Below, in pieces: positions 49,928-59,278 of a DNA stretch of 64,000 bases. Both the position numbers and the translations under genes were made by a program. Position 1 is the stretch's first letter; each line of letters opens with the position of its first letter. The DNA comes from Vulcanimicrobiota bacterium (GTDB lineage: Bacteria; Vulcanimicrobiota; Vulcanimicrobiia; Vulcanimicrobiales; Vulcanimicrobiaceae), in NCBI GenBank assembly GCA_003135555.1, contig PLCF01000053.1, forward strand, positions 30,131 through 94,130, given 5' to 3'. Below the pieces are notes generated by a model. The model was given only the letters and a program-made list of their open reading frames with translations. It was not told the origin of the DNA and ran no database searches.

Positions 49928-49957
49928 AGAGGCGCCGATGGTGACCGGCGCCTCTTT
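49928..49957 (+). terminator. probable intrinsic terminator after metK
   Basis: AGAGGCGCCG/CGGCGCCTCT stem followed by a short T tract. Confidence 0.55.
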
Positions 49958-50023
49958 GCTTGCGCCGGGAACGCCTTGGCGGTGCGGAGCGTTATCCTGA
50001 CGACTCCCCTCATGAGGTATTCG

Positions 50024-50728
50024 ATGCTCCGTAAATCGCTCCACGTACTCGCCATCGCCGCCCTGGCGGCCCTGCCGCTCGCGGCGTCCGCCCAGTACAA
50101 CGGTCAGTCCAACGGTCAGTCCAACGGCCAGTACAACGGCAACACCGGTGACACTCTGCTACCATCCCAGTCGGTCATCACCGGGACGCTCGAGCAGTCG
50201 ATCAGCAGCAAAACTGCTCAAGTGGGCGATCCCTTCGTCCTCGACCTCGCGACGCCGTACCCGGCTGACGACCAGCGCTATCAGGGCGCCAAGGTCTACG
50301 GTCACGTTGCCTCGGTCCAGCGCGCCAGCGGGACCAAGAAGGGTGGCGTGAACCTCGGATTCGACCGTCTCACCCTGGTCGACGGCACGACCGCCTCGCT
50401 CACCGGACAAGTGCTCTCGCTGGATGCAAAGCAAGGCGGCAATTCGACCGCGCGCGGAATCGCCGGCGGCTTCATCGGGCAAGTTCTCGGTAACTACATC
50501 GGCAAGCACATCGGCACCGATGTCGGTGGTGCGGTCGGCATGATCGGCGGCGCGATCTACGCCGGCAACCTCGGCACGAACGTGACGATCGGTCAGGGCA
50601 CGCAGGTGTCGCTCAAAACGACCACGCCCGCAACGGTCCTCTCGCGCCGTCAGGCCGGCTATCCCAACGGCAACGGCACCTACCAGAACCAGCCGTACCC
50701 GACCCCGTACCCCACCCCGTACCATTAA
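50024..50728 (+). CDS. secreted protein with QYNG/QSNG repeats, beta-rich core and glycine zipper
   Basis: Signal peptide; ISSKTAQVGDPF...GAKVYGHV...LGFDRL; GxxxG helices; PYPT tail. Confidence 0.7.
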   Translation: MLRKSLHVLAIAALAALPLAASAQYNGQSNGQSNGQYNGNTGDTLLPSQSVITGTLEQSISSKTAQVGDPFVLDLATPYPADDQRYQGAKVYGHVASVQRASGTKKGGVNLGFDRLTLVDGTTASLTGQVLSLDAKQGGNSTARGIAGGFIGQVLGNYIGKHIGTDVGGAVGMIGGAIYAGNLGTNVTIGQGTQVSLKTTTPATVLSRRQAGYPNGNGTYQNQPYPTPYPTPYH

Positions 50729-50760
50729 GGCTTTCGTCGCGCAACGCTGACGAATGAGGC

Positions 50761-50793
50761 GAGGTACCGCTCCGGCGGTGCCTCTTTCTTTTT
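50761..50793 (+). terminator. intrinsic terminator
   Basis: GAGGTACCGC-TCCG-GCGGTGCCTC followed by TTTCTTTTT. Confidence 0.8.
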
Positions 50794-50800
50794 CCCGCGC

Positions 50801-51967
50801 TCAGCGTCGCGGAAGGGCCACTCGCGCGGCGCCCAACCACTCCGCCATTCGCCCCAGCTCGACGCGCAGCGCCGCCGTCACGGCACGCCGGTCGGCCCCC
50901 GATTCGACGTGGACGGCGTGCGCGCGCAACGTCCCGGCCGCGCGATCGTGCTTGAGATCGACGCGGGCGACGAGGCGCTCGCCGAGCAAGAACGGCAGGA
51001 CGTAGTAGCCATGGACGCGCTTGTGCTGCGGTGTGTAGATCTCTAAACGGAAATCGAACTCGAACAGCTCGCGCGTGCGCGAGCGCTCCCAGATCAACGA
51101 ATCGAACGGCGATAGCAACGCGCGCGCGCCGATCGTGCGCGGTAGTCGAGCCCCGCGCGCCAGGTAACGGTCGCCGCGCAAGCCTTCGACGGCGACCCGC
51201 TGCAGCTCGCCGGCCTCGACGAGCTCCGCGACGCGAGCGCGCGCGTCGAGGAGATCGAGCCGGAAGTAGTCGCGCAGGTCGCGCTCTGCCGCGATTCCCA
51301 GCGCGTGCGCCGCAATCCGGACGAGCTCGCGCTGGGCGTCGCTCTCGACGGGCGTCGGCGCGTCGACGACGACTCGCGGCAGCACGCGCTCGGGGAGGTC
51401 ATAGACGCGCTCGAATCCCTTGCGGTAGGCGGTGGTAATCTCGCCGCACCAGAACAGCGCCTCGAGGCCGATCTTCACGTCGCTCCAGCCCCACCACGAG
51501 CCTTTCCCGCGTGCGCCCTCGAACTGGCTCGCCGACAGCGGCCCGCGTTCGGCGATGACGGCTCGGAGGCGTTTGAGCTCCTCAGGCTGGCTGCGGACGA
51601 TCTGGGCGATCCGGCCCCAGGTGCCGAGCCCGCGCCGCGCGCGCTCCATCCGCCAGCGCAGATACGGGTGCAGCTCCAGCGGCAACAGCGACGCCTCGTG
51701 GCCCCAGTACTCGAAGAGCCTGCGCTCGCGGCCGTAGGCCGCGCGCTCGAGCAGCGCCGGATCGTACTCGCCCAGGCGTGAGAAGGCCGGGAGATAGTGC
51801 GAGCGCACGACGACGTTGACGCTGTCGATCTGGATCGCGCCGACGCGATCGAAGACGCGCCGCAGCAGCCGTCGGTCCACCGTTCCGCCCGGTGCGGGAT
51901 CGGCGAACCCTTGTGCCGCGAGCGCGATGCGGCGCGCTTCGGCTAGGGAGAGGTCCCCCTTCGACAA
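50801..51967 (-). CDS. YcaQ/AlkZ-like (HTH_42) DNA crosslink glycosylase
   Basis: IQIDSVNVVVRSH, FEYWGHEAS, LLSPFD, EIYTP..KRVHGYYVLP; start approximate (TTG 51967). Confidence 0.88.
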   Translation of the reverse strand: MSKGDLSLAEARRIALAAQGFADPAPGGTVDRRLLRRVFDRVGAIQIDSVNVVVRSHYLPAFSRLGEYDPALLERAAYGRERRLFEYWGHEASLLPLELHPYLRWRMERARRGLGTWGRIAQIVRSQPEELKRLRAVIAERGPLSASQFEGARGKGSWWGWSDVKIGLEALFWCGEITTAYRKGFERVYDLPERVLPRVVVDAPTPVESDAQRELVRIAAHALGIAAERDLRDYFRLDLLDARARVAELVEAGELQRVAVEGLRGDRYLARGARLPRTIGARALLSPFDSLIWERSRTRELFEFDFRLEIYTPQHKRVHGYYVLPFLLGERLVARVDLKHDRAAGTLRAHAVHVESGADRRAVTAALRVELGRMAEWLGAARVALPRR

Positions 51968-51973
51968 GCTCAG
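51957..51973. repeat. short REP-like repeat fragment
   Basis: CCCTTCGACAAGCTCAG, similar to 53302. Confidence 0.55.
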
Positions 51974-51992
51974 CCCGACGCCGGCAGGAGCG

Positions 51993-53288
51993 TTACTTGA
52001 AGCTGCGCAGGAACTGGGTGGTGCGCTTGAACGCGCCCGGTCGCGGACCGCGGTCGGGGCGCCGCTGGGCGACGACGTGATACGCTTGCAGCGCGTCGAC
52101 GCGGAAGCCGTAGCTGCCGGTCCACAGGTAGACCCGCCATAAGCGATAGATCTGTTCGCCCCACTTCGCGATGATCGCGTCCTTGTTCTGTTCGAAGCGC
52201 TGGGCCCAGTGCAGCATCGTGAGCTCGTAGTCGTGCGTCTCGTTCTTGGTCTCGACGATGTCGAAGCCATGAAAGAGCAGCTCCTGCACGATGTCTTGCA
52301 CGCACAGAAACGAATGCGCGCCCGGCCAGATGTAGCGGCGAATGAAGTCGCTCGAGTCGTACTTCTGCACGCTCGCCGAAGCGTCGAGGTAGAGCCGGCC
52401 GCCGGGCTTGAGCAGGTCCCACACGCGGGCGCAGAAGCGGCGATAGTACGGGATGTGCTCGATCACCCCGTAGATGACGATGGCGTCGTACTGCTGGGCA
52501 GGTTGGTGAACCAGGAAGTCCTCGAGCTTCACCGCGCAATTGTCCAGGCCTAGCCGCGCATCGAGCGCGCTGATGAATTTGAACGAGTCTTCGGCGATTG
52601 TCAACGAGGTGACGTCGACGCCGCGGGGCCCGCAGTACTGGTGGACCGGACCCCAGCCCCCGCCGATGTCGAGCAGCCGCATCCCCGGCTTGAGCTGCAG
52701 CGCGTTCCACATCGACTCGAGCTTGTGCTCCGCCGCCTCTTCGAGCGTCTCGTCGTCGGAGTGATACAGCACGTGCGAGTAAAAGCGGTACTTCGTGTCG
52801 ATGTACGACAGGTAGAAGTCGTCTCCAAACGTGTAGTGCTTGTCGATCGCGTTCTTGTTGATCCGGGTCGCCGGAATCGCCACGAGCTGCCACAGGAACC
52901 CCAGCAGGATCGCCAGGTTGCCGTCGGGTTTGAGCAGGCCGCGCACTTCCTGCATCGCCATCATGTCGCCGTCGATGTCGAACTCGCCCTCGATGTACGC
53001 TTTGCCCAGCGCGTACTCGGTCATCGGTCCCAGCAACGGCTTGTCGCTGCGAAAGCGCAGCGTGAACTGCGGCTCGCCGGGTCCGAAGCGCAGGCTCTCC
53101 CCCGACGCGAGCACGACGGCGCACGATATGCCGCTGCGGGCGACCGCACGCTCGACCACTGCGCTGATCTTGCGCCCGGCCAGCGATCGGGCGCCTGTCG
53201 CCGGTGCCGCTTGCGGCGTCGTCGCGGCGGCCGGCGGTGGCGACGGCGGTGCGGCGGTCATGAACGCGTCGTCTGTGGTCGTCTGCAT
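51993..53288 (-). CDS. cyclopropane-fatty-acid synthase-like methyltransferase
   Basis: AIDKHY, TLEEAAEHK, LLDIGGGWG, FIRRYIWPG, YELTMLHW, RLWRVYL. Confidence 0.88.
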   Translation of the reverse strand: MQTTTDDAFMTAAPPSPPPAAATTPQAAPATGARSLAGRKISAVVERAVARSGISCAVVLASGESLRFGPGEPQFTLRFRSDKPLLGPMTEYALGKAYIEGEFDIDGDMMAMQEVRGLLKPDGNLAILLGFLWQLVAIPATRINKNAIDKHYTFGDDFYLSYIDTKYRFYSHVLYHSDDETLEEAAEHKLESMWNALQLKPGMRLLDIGGGWGPVHQYCGPRGVDVTSLTIAEDSFKFISALDARLGLDNCAVKLEDFLVHQPAQQYDAIVIYGVIEHIPYYRRFCARVWDLLKPGGRLYLDASASVQKYDSSDFIRRYIWPGAHSFLCVQDIVQELLFHGFDIVETKNETHDYELTMLHWAQRFEQNKDAIIAKWGEQIYRLWRVYLWTGSYGFRVDALQAYHVVAQRRPDRGPRPGAFKRTTQFLRSFK

Positions 53289-53301
53289 CGGGCTCCTCGG
53301 G

Positions 53302-53326
53302 CCCTTCGACAGGGCTCAGGGTGACA
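53302..53326. repeat. REP-like repeat
   Basis: CCCTTCGACAGGGCTCAGGGTGACA; last 14 nt are the exact reverse complement of 29074-29087. Confidence 0.6.
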
Positions 53327-53428
53327 GGGGGATGTATGCGGGAGCAGTGACGGAATCAAGCAACCGATAGAAGGCAGGGGCGGAATACGCCGCCGGTTCG
53401 GTTCATTCCCGGCGGGTACATCGAACGT

Positions 53429-53839
53429 ATGCGTACGTTGAGAGTGCTCGCAGCCACGGCCGCCATCGCGGCCCTAGCAACTGGGACGTCGGCCGCTCAG
53501 CAGGTGGCCGGCGACAACGGGACCGATGCGAACGGTCCCATCACCATCCTCAAGAACATGGTCGCGGAGCCGGCCGGCGTGCAGGTAACCGTCGACGGCC
53601 AAAACATCGACGACCTTTCGTCGGTCGCCTACGCCGACATCACCACGATCGTACACAAAGGCACCAACACGCTGACGGTCCGCTGGAACGGCGCGCTTAC
53701 GCGCTTGAACTTCACGGTCGCCTACGCGCCGACGCGCAACGCGTTCAAGAACGTGGCCGTGATACAAGGCGACTCCTCGAAAGATACGTCGTTGCGCCGG
53801 GCCGGATCCCGGACGATCAGCTTCACCATCCCGGGCTGA
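53429..53839 (+). CDS. secreted beta-rich hypothetical protein
   Basis: Signal peptide; VQVTVDGQ, DITTIVHKGTNTLTV. Confidence 0.65.
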   Translation: MRTLRVLAATAAIAALATGTSAAQQVAGDNGTDANGPITILKNMVAEPAGVQVTVDGQNIDDLSSVAYADITTIVHKGTNTLTVRWNGALTRLNFTVAYAPTRNAFKNVAVIQGDSSKDTSLRRAGSRTISFTIPG

Positions 53840-53858
53840 TCTGCGCGCCTCGTAGGGT

Positions 53859-54206
53859 TTAGCCGCCAGCGCGTTTGACGCGCCGGCCGCGCCCTTCGAA
53901 GAACGAAATGACGGCGTCGCGATGATCGCCTTGGAGCTCGACCAGGCCGTTTTTCACCGTTCCGCCGGTCCCGCAGCGGCGCTTGAGCTCCTTGCCCAGC
54001 GCCTCCACCTCCGTCGCGGCCAAGCCGTGCACGACGGTCATCGCGCTGTTGCGGCGCTTCTCGCGGGCGACACGGATGGTGCCGTCGTCGGGCAGCGCGC
54101 GCGGGGCGGCGGCGGCGGCCTTGCGCCGCGCCGGGGCCGGTAGCGAGAGCGTTCCATCGGTGGAGTAGACGAGCACGCGTTCGTCGCGGACGCGGTCGTC
54201 CTTCAC
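53859..54206 (-). CDS. yciH: translation initiation factor 1/SUI1-like (YciH)
   Basis: LVYSTDG, LKRRCGTGGTVK, ELQGDHR, KRAGG; start approximate. Confidence 0.85.
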   Translation of the reverse strand: MKDDRVRDERVLVYSTDGTLSLPAPARRKAAAAAPRALPDDGTIRVAREKRRNSAMTVVHGLAATEVEALGKELKRRCGTGGTVKNGLVELQGDHRDAVISFFEGRGRRVKRAGG

Positions 54207-54249
54207 GCGGGTTGCAACCTCGCAGCCATGCGGCCGGGTTCGGCGTGAG

Positions 54250-54867
54250 GTGACGGTGGTTCTGCCTGTTGCGCCGCCCGCTGTGGTCGAAGAGATCGCC
54301 GCGTTCGGCCGCCTCGCCGCCGCGCGCGGCTGGGTCCCCGCAACGTCGGGGAATTTCTCGTGCCGGGTCGGCGCTGGGCACGCCGCGGTGACGCGCAGCG
54401 GGATCGACAAGGGCACGATCGCAGCCGCCGACCTGGTCGTGCTGGCGCTCGACGCGCCGCCGACTGCCGGGGTCTCGGCCGAGACGCCGCTGCACCTCGC
54501 GCGGTACCGTACCGATCCGGCGATCGGCGCCATCTTCCACGTGCACACCGTCGCGTCGACGGTGCTCTCGCGGCGCGACCAACCTGCGGGCGCCGTCCGG
54601 ACCGAAGGCTACGAGATGCACAAGTCCGTCGGGCTGCGCTCCCACGACAGCAGCGTGGAGATCCCGGTGTTCGCCAACGACCAAGATACGTTCGCGCTCG
54701 CGGCGGCGATCGAAGCGCGACTCGGTTGCGGCGCCGCCGTGCCGGGGTTTCTGCTCGCCGGCCACGGATTGTACGCCTGGGGCGAGTCGGCAGCCCAGGC
54801 CCGGCGCCACGTCGAAGGGCTGGAGTTCCTGCTGGCCTGTCACCTCGAAGAACGGAGACTGCGATGA
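54250..54867 (+). CDS. mtnB: methylthioribulose-1-phosphate dehydratase
   Basis: GWVPATSGNFS, SAETPLH, HVH, GHGLYAWG. Confidence 0.93.
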   Translation: MTVVLPVAPPAVVEEIAAFGRLAAARGWVPATSGNFSCRVGAGHAAVTRSGIDKGTIAAADLVVLALDAPPTAGVSAETPLHLARYRTDPAIGAIFHVHTVASTVLSRRDQPAGAVRTEGYEMHKSVGLRSHDSSVEIPVFANDQDTFALAAAIEARLGCGAAVPGFLLAGHGLYAWGESAAQARRHVEGLEFLLACHLEERRLR

Positions 54868-55421
54868 ACACGACGCTCACCTCGACGTTGCGGGTCTTCG
54901 ACGATGCCGACGGGGCGCGCCCGCTGATCGATACCACGGACCGCGCGGAGATCGCACGGATTCTGGGCGCCAACGACATCATCTTCGAGCGTTGGGAAGC
55001 GGGCGCGCCGCTGACGGCCGAGGCTGATTCCGAGACGATCCTGCGAGCGTACGCCGCCGACATCGAGCGCCTCAAGCGCGCGTATGGCTACACCACGGTC
55101 GACGTGATCCGCGTCGGGCCGGCGACCCCCGGCCTTCCGGCGCTGCGCGAAAAATTTCTGCGCGAGCACACGCACACCGAGGACGAAGTCCGGTTCTTCG
55201 TCGAGGGGAGCGCGTCGTTCTACCTGCGTCTGGGCGGCAAGGTGTACCAAACGATCTGCACGCGCGGCGACCTCTTGAGCGTTCCGGCGAACACCTCGCA
55301 TTGGTTCGACATGGGGCCGGCGCCGCAATTCGCGGCGATCCGGTTGTTCGTCAACCCCGAAGGGTGGGTGGCAAACTACACCGGCGACGACATCGCGGCG
55401 CGTTTCCCCAAGTTCGAGTAG
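54864..55421 (+). CDS. mtnD: acireductone dioxygenase
   Basis: KFLREHTHTEDEVRFF, SVPANTSHWFDMG. Confidence 0.95.
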   Translation: MNTTLTSTLRVFDDADGARPLIDTTDRAEIARILGANDIIFERWEAGAPLTAEADSETILRAYAADIERLKRAYGYTTVDVIRVGPATPGLPALREKFLREHTHTEDEVRFFVEGSASFYLRLGGKVYQTICTRGDLLSVPANTSHWFDMGPAPQFAAIRLFVNPEGWVANYTGDDIAARFPKFE

Positions 55422-55443
55422 CAGCGCCGAGCGGGCGTTCGCT

Positions 55444-56157
55444 GTGAGTACTCCCGTCGCGGCTCGGGCCGTGCTGGTCGACATCGAGGGCACCACGAGC
55501 ACGATCGCCTTTGTGCACGAGGTGCTCTTCCCGTACGCCGACGCGCGGCTCGACGCGTACGTCGCCGCGCACCGCCGCGAGCCCGAGGTCGCGGGTGCGA
55601 TGCGCGACGCCGCACTGCTGGCGGGCGAGGCAGCGGGCGCGCCCGATGCGACGGTACTCGCCCACCTGCATCACTGGCTCGCGCACGACGTCAAGGCTAC
55701 GCCGCTCAAGACGCTGCAGGGGTTGATTTGGGCCGAGGGCTACGTCCAGAGCGGGTTGCGCGGTCACGTCTATCCCGACGCCGCCGCCGGCCTGCGCCGC
55801 TGGCACGCTGCCGGATTGGTGCTCTACGTGTACTCTTCGGGCTCGGTCGAGGCGCAGAAAGTGCTGTTCGGGAACAGCGTGCACGGCGATCTCTCGCCGC
55901 TGTTGCGCGGGTACTTCGACACCACCACGGGACCCAAGCGCGAAGCGGCGTCGTATGCGAGCATCGCCGCCGCGATCGGCGTCGCCCCGCTCGACGTCGT
56001 CTTTCTCAGCGACGTCGACGCCGAGCTCGACGCGGCGCGCGGCGCGGGGATGCAGACGATTCGCCTGCTGCGCCCGGCCGACACGCCGCCCGGCGCGACG
56101 ACGACGCACCCGAGCGCGACGAGCTTCGAGCAGATCGACATCACCCCGCCGGCCTGA
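55444..56157 (+). CDS. mtnC: enolase-phosphatase E1
   Basis: DIEGTT, VLFPY, LKTLQGLIW, YSSGS, FLSD. Confidence 0.95.
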   Translation: MSTPVAARAVLVDIEGTTSTIAFVHEVLFPYADARLDAYVAAHRREPEVAGAMRDAALLAGEAAGAPDATVLAHLHHWLAHDVKATPLKTLQGLIWAEGYVQSGLRGHVYPDAAAGLRRWHAAGLVLYVYSSGSVEAQKVLFGNSVHGDLSPLLRGYFDTTTGPKREAASYASIAAAIGVAPLDVVFLSDVDAELDAARGAGMQTIRLLRPADTPPGATTTHPSATSFEQIDITPPA

Positions 56158-56167
56158 ACCCGATCGA

Positions 56168-57391
56168 TCAGCGCCGCTCGCGGCGCAGCGTGGGTGAGAA
56201 CGCGAGCAGCGCGGTGAACGCGCAGAAGCCGACCGCCGAGATGAGCATCGTGGTGCGGACACCGACATGATCGGAGAGCCAACCGCCGAGGACCGAGCCG
56301 GGCAGGATCCCCACCAGCACCACCATCCGTACGACGCCGAAGACGCGCCCGACGAGCTCTTCGGGGATCACGCGCAAGCGCCACGAGACGATCGAGGTGA
56401 CGACGTAGCCCGAACACAAGCTGGAGAACGCGACCCCGCCGATCGCCATCCACACCGAGTGCGTCCACGGGAGCGGTAACCAACCGAGGCCGTCGAGGAA
56501 ATACGCCGCGATCATCGCCGGGCCGAACGCCCAATGCGTGCGCCCGGCGAGGTACGCGCCGGCCGCCGCGCCGGCGGGGAAGCAGCCGAAGGCGAGGCCG
56601 ATGACGTGGTCGCCCGCGCCGAACGCGAGCTTGAAGTACGGGATGAGCGAAACGAACCCGATCGACCCGATGAAGTTGAACCAGCAGCTCGAGACCGAGA
56701 GCACCGCCATGGTTTTGTCCGCCCACAGAAAGCGCCAGCCCGCCGCGATGTCGCCCGCGAGTTCGCGCAGCGACGGCAGGCCGCGCGATTTGTCCGGTCC
56801 GAACGTGCGCACCGACGCGACCGCGATCTGCGAGGTCAGGTAGGTGACGGCGTTGATCGCGAGCGCCGGCAACGGTCCGACCAGCGCGAACAGCACGCCG
56901 CCGATCGGAGGTGCGACGAGGTTGACGCTCTGCTCGGTCGCGTAGAGCACCGCGACGGCTCCCTTGACGCGTTCCTTCCCGAGCAGGTAGGGGATCGACG
57001 GGGTCTGGGCGCCGAGGAAGATCGCTCCGCCCGTGGCCAGCACCAGCACCCCGGCGTAGATCATCCAGAGCACCAGGTGGCCGGTGGCAAACAGCACGGC
57101 GAAGAGCGCCATGACGGTGAACCGCAGGCCGTCGCAGGTCAGCATCAGGCGGCGGCGGTCGACCCGGTCCGCGAGCGAGCCGGCGATCAGGCTGACGAAG
57201 GCATAGGGCAGCAGCTCGAGCCCCCACGTCCAGCCGATCGCGGTGGCGGAGCCGGTGAGGCGGAACACCAGCAGCGGAATTGCCAGCAGGCGCAGCCCGT
57301 CACCCAGATAGCTGAGCGCCTGACCGGCGTAGAAGCGGCTGAATGCGGACGAATGAAAGACGCTCGCCGGGCGAGCTGACGTGGTGGCCAT
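56168..57391 (-). CDS. MFS transporter (DHA3/EntS-like)
   Basis: GQALSYLGD, GSLADRVDRRRLM, IPEELVGRV. Confidence 0.9.
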   Translation of the reverse strand: MATTSARPASVFHSSAFSRFYAGQALSYLGDGLRLLAIPLLVFRLTGSATAIGWTWGLELLPYAFVSLIAGSLADRVDRRRLMLTCDGLRFTVMALFAVLFATGHLVLWMIYAGVLVLATGGAIFLGAQTPSIPYLLGKERVKGAVAVLYATEQSVNLVAPPIGGVLFALVGPLPALAINAVTYLTSQIAVASVRTFGPDKSRGLPSLRELAGDIAAGWRFLWADKTMAVLSVSSCWFNFIGSIGFVSLIPYFKLAFGAGDHVIGLAFGCFPAGAAAGAYLAGRTHWAFGPAMIAAYFLDGLGWLPLPWTHSVWMAIGGVAFSSLCSGYVVTSIVSWRLRVIPEELVGRVFGVVRMVVLVGILPGSVLGGWLSDHVGVRTTMLISAVGFCAFTALLAFSPTLRRERR

Positions 57392-57557
57392 ACGAGATTC
57401 CCAATGCGTGCGAGGGTGAAGGGGGTCGGCACGGGCCGCGCCGGGGATCCGGCGCGGGGAATCTACGAAAGCATGGCCTCGCGGAGTTGGGCGCCCGCGG
57501 AGCCGACTCCTCGGGGGCTGGAAACTTTCTGGGCGATCTCTTAGTATATTAGTTATC

Positions 57558-58208
57558 ATGCAACTCGGATCGCGCCCGCGTCCCAGGCCCTCGCTCGAGG
57601 TACTCGGCGAAGCGCGCCTCGAGGATGGTCTGATCTCCACCTTGGCGCTCGACTTCGACCTGTGCTGGTCACCGCGAACCGGCGGCGCCCAGGCGGTCGT
57701 GCTGGTCGCATCGCGCGGCACCTACCGCGAGGACCTGGCGCGGCTGCGCAGCCGCACCGGGGCGCCCACCGTGCTGCTGCTGGGCGGGGCCGACCTCACC
57801 GACCGCGTGCGGGCCCTCGAGGAGGGCGCGGACGACGTCCTCGTCGCGCCGTACGACGGCTCGGAAGTGCTGGCGCGGCTGCGCGCCGTGATGCGTCGCA
57901 CGAGCCGCTCGGGCGCCGAGGTCTTCAACGTCGACGACCTCGAGATCAACGTCGAGCATCACGTCGTGAGGCGCGGCCGCCGCACCGTGTCGCTCTCGCG
58001 CACCGAGCTCGCGCTGCTGACCACGCTGGCGCGGCACGACGGTGCGGTCGTCGATCACGGGATGCTCAACCGCGAAGTCTGGGGCGCGCCCAAGAGCAAG
58101 GCCCTGATCCACACCTACATCGCATACCTGCGGGCGAAGCTCGACGGCCCCGGCGAACGCCCGCTCGTGCACACCGTGCGCGGCGTGGGCTACGCGCTGC
58201 GGACGTAA
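57558..58208 (+). CDS. OmpR-family regulator with degenerate receiver domain
   Basis: Winged-helix LSRTELALL, YIAYLRAKLD, HTVRGVGY; receiver lacks acidic pocket and phospho-Asp. Confidence 0.8.
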   Translation: MQLGSRPRPRPSLEVLGEARLEDGLISTLALDFDLCWSPRTGGAQAVVLVASRGTYREDLARLRSRTGAPTVLLLGGADLTDRVRALEEGADDVLVAPYDGSEVLARLRAVMRRTSRSGAEVFNVDDLEINVEHHVVRRGRRTVSLSRTELALLTTLARHDGAVVDHGMLNREVWGAPKSKALIHTYIAYLRAKLDGPGERPLVHTVRGVGYALRT

Positions 58209-58213
58209 GGCGG

Positions 58214-59212
58214 TCAGCGAATCCCGATCACGCGTCCCGCGGCGAAATCGTAGGTACCGAAGTCCGGCGCGAGCGGCCGCCGGTTGGGAACCTCGAGCCA
58301 CAGCCGTAGCATGTGCCGCTTGCGCTCGGGCTCGGCGTAGTCGTCGTAGGCCGTGCGGTCGTGCAACGTGACGTAACTGTTGAGCAACTGCAGATCGCCG
58401 GTCTCGAGGTCCATCGAGAGCGCATGGTCTTCGCAGACGTCGTAAAACGTGTCGATCGCTTCGGCTTGGGCCGCGTTGAGCGGGCGACCGACGCGCTCTT
58501 GTCCCGAACGGATGTAGGTCGCGTTCGCCCCGCAGCTGAGCGAGCCGCCGTAGTAGCTGAACACCGGCCGGTAGTAGACCGGCGGTTCGCCGGGCCGTTC
58601 CTCGCCGCGCAGATCGATCGCGAACGGCGTGTACAACGCGCCGAGCTGCCACGGAAACGACTGCAGCATCTCGTTGTAGACGCGCATCGAGCTGACGACG
58701 CGGCTGATCCCGCCCGATTTCGCTTTGTTCACGCAGAGGAGGCCGACCACGTCGCACCGGTCGACGTGCAGGCTCTGGGCGACCCGCGTTTGGTAACCGC
58801 GCGCGAAGGGATCGGCCAGCTCGCGGCCTTCGTCGCGCACGTGGCCGACCAGATCGCCGCGCGCGTTTTGCGGAATCGCGCGGCCCAGGTACGTGCCGAT
58901 GCCCCAGAGCGCACGGGCGGTTTCGAGCGCCCCCCAGCGCGCGACCGGCAGGCCGCGCAGGAGGTACATGCCGCGTCCAGCCTCGAGGTGCTCGCCGATG
59001 CGGGCCAGCTGCGCGTGCAACGTCGCGAGCGGGAAATCGTCGCGCACGCCGTGCTCGACGATCGGACGCCGTTCGCGCGCGACCGCGAGCGCCGCGTCGA
59101 GCTCTCCGACATCGCTGACGCTCAACCGGTAGGTCCAGGATTCGTCGGCGGCCAGTTCGCGACCGCTCCAGGCAACGGGCCCGCGGACCGCTTCGGTCAG
59201 AATCGCCCCCAT
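58214..59212 (-). CDS. TauD/TfdA family Fe(II)/2OG dioxygenase
   Basis: HVD, DVVGLLC, GDLQLLN..TLHDRT, RHMLRLWL. Confidence 0.9.
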   Translation of the reverse strand: MGAILTEAVRGPVAWSGRELAADESWTYRLSVSDVGELDAALAVARERRPIVEHGVRDDFPLATLHAQLARIGEHLEAGRGMYLLRGLPVARWGALETARALWGIGTYLGRAIPQNARGDLVGHVRDEGRELADPFARGYQTRVAQSLHVDRCDVVGLLCVNKAKSGGISRVVSSMRVYNEMLQSFPWQLGALYTPFAIDLRGEERPGEPPVYYRPVFSYYGGSLSCGANATYIRSGQERVGRPLNAAQAEAIDTFYDVCEDHALSMDLETGDLQLLNSYVTLHDRTAYDDYAEPERKRHMLRLWLEVPNRRPLAPDFGTYDFAAGRVIGIR

Positions 59213-59278
59213 TGAGGAGGCGTTCGCAATCGGCGGAACAATCCTCTTTCGAGCGCCGCCGCTCGTGAGGGTTCGTTC

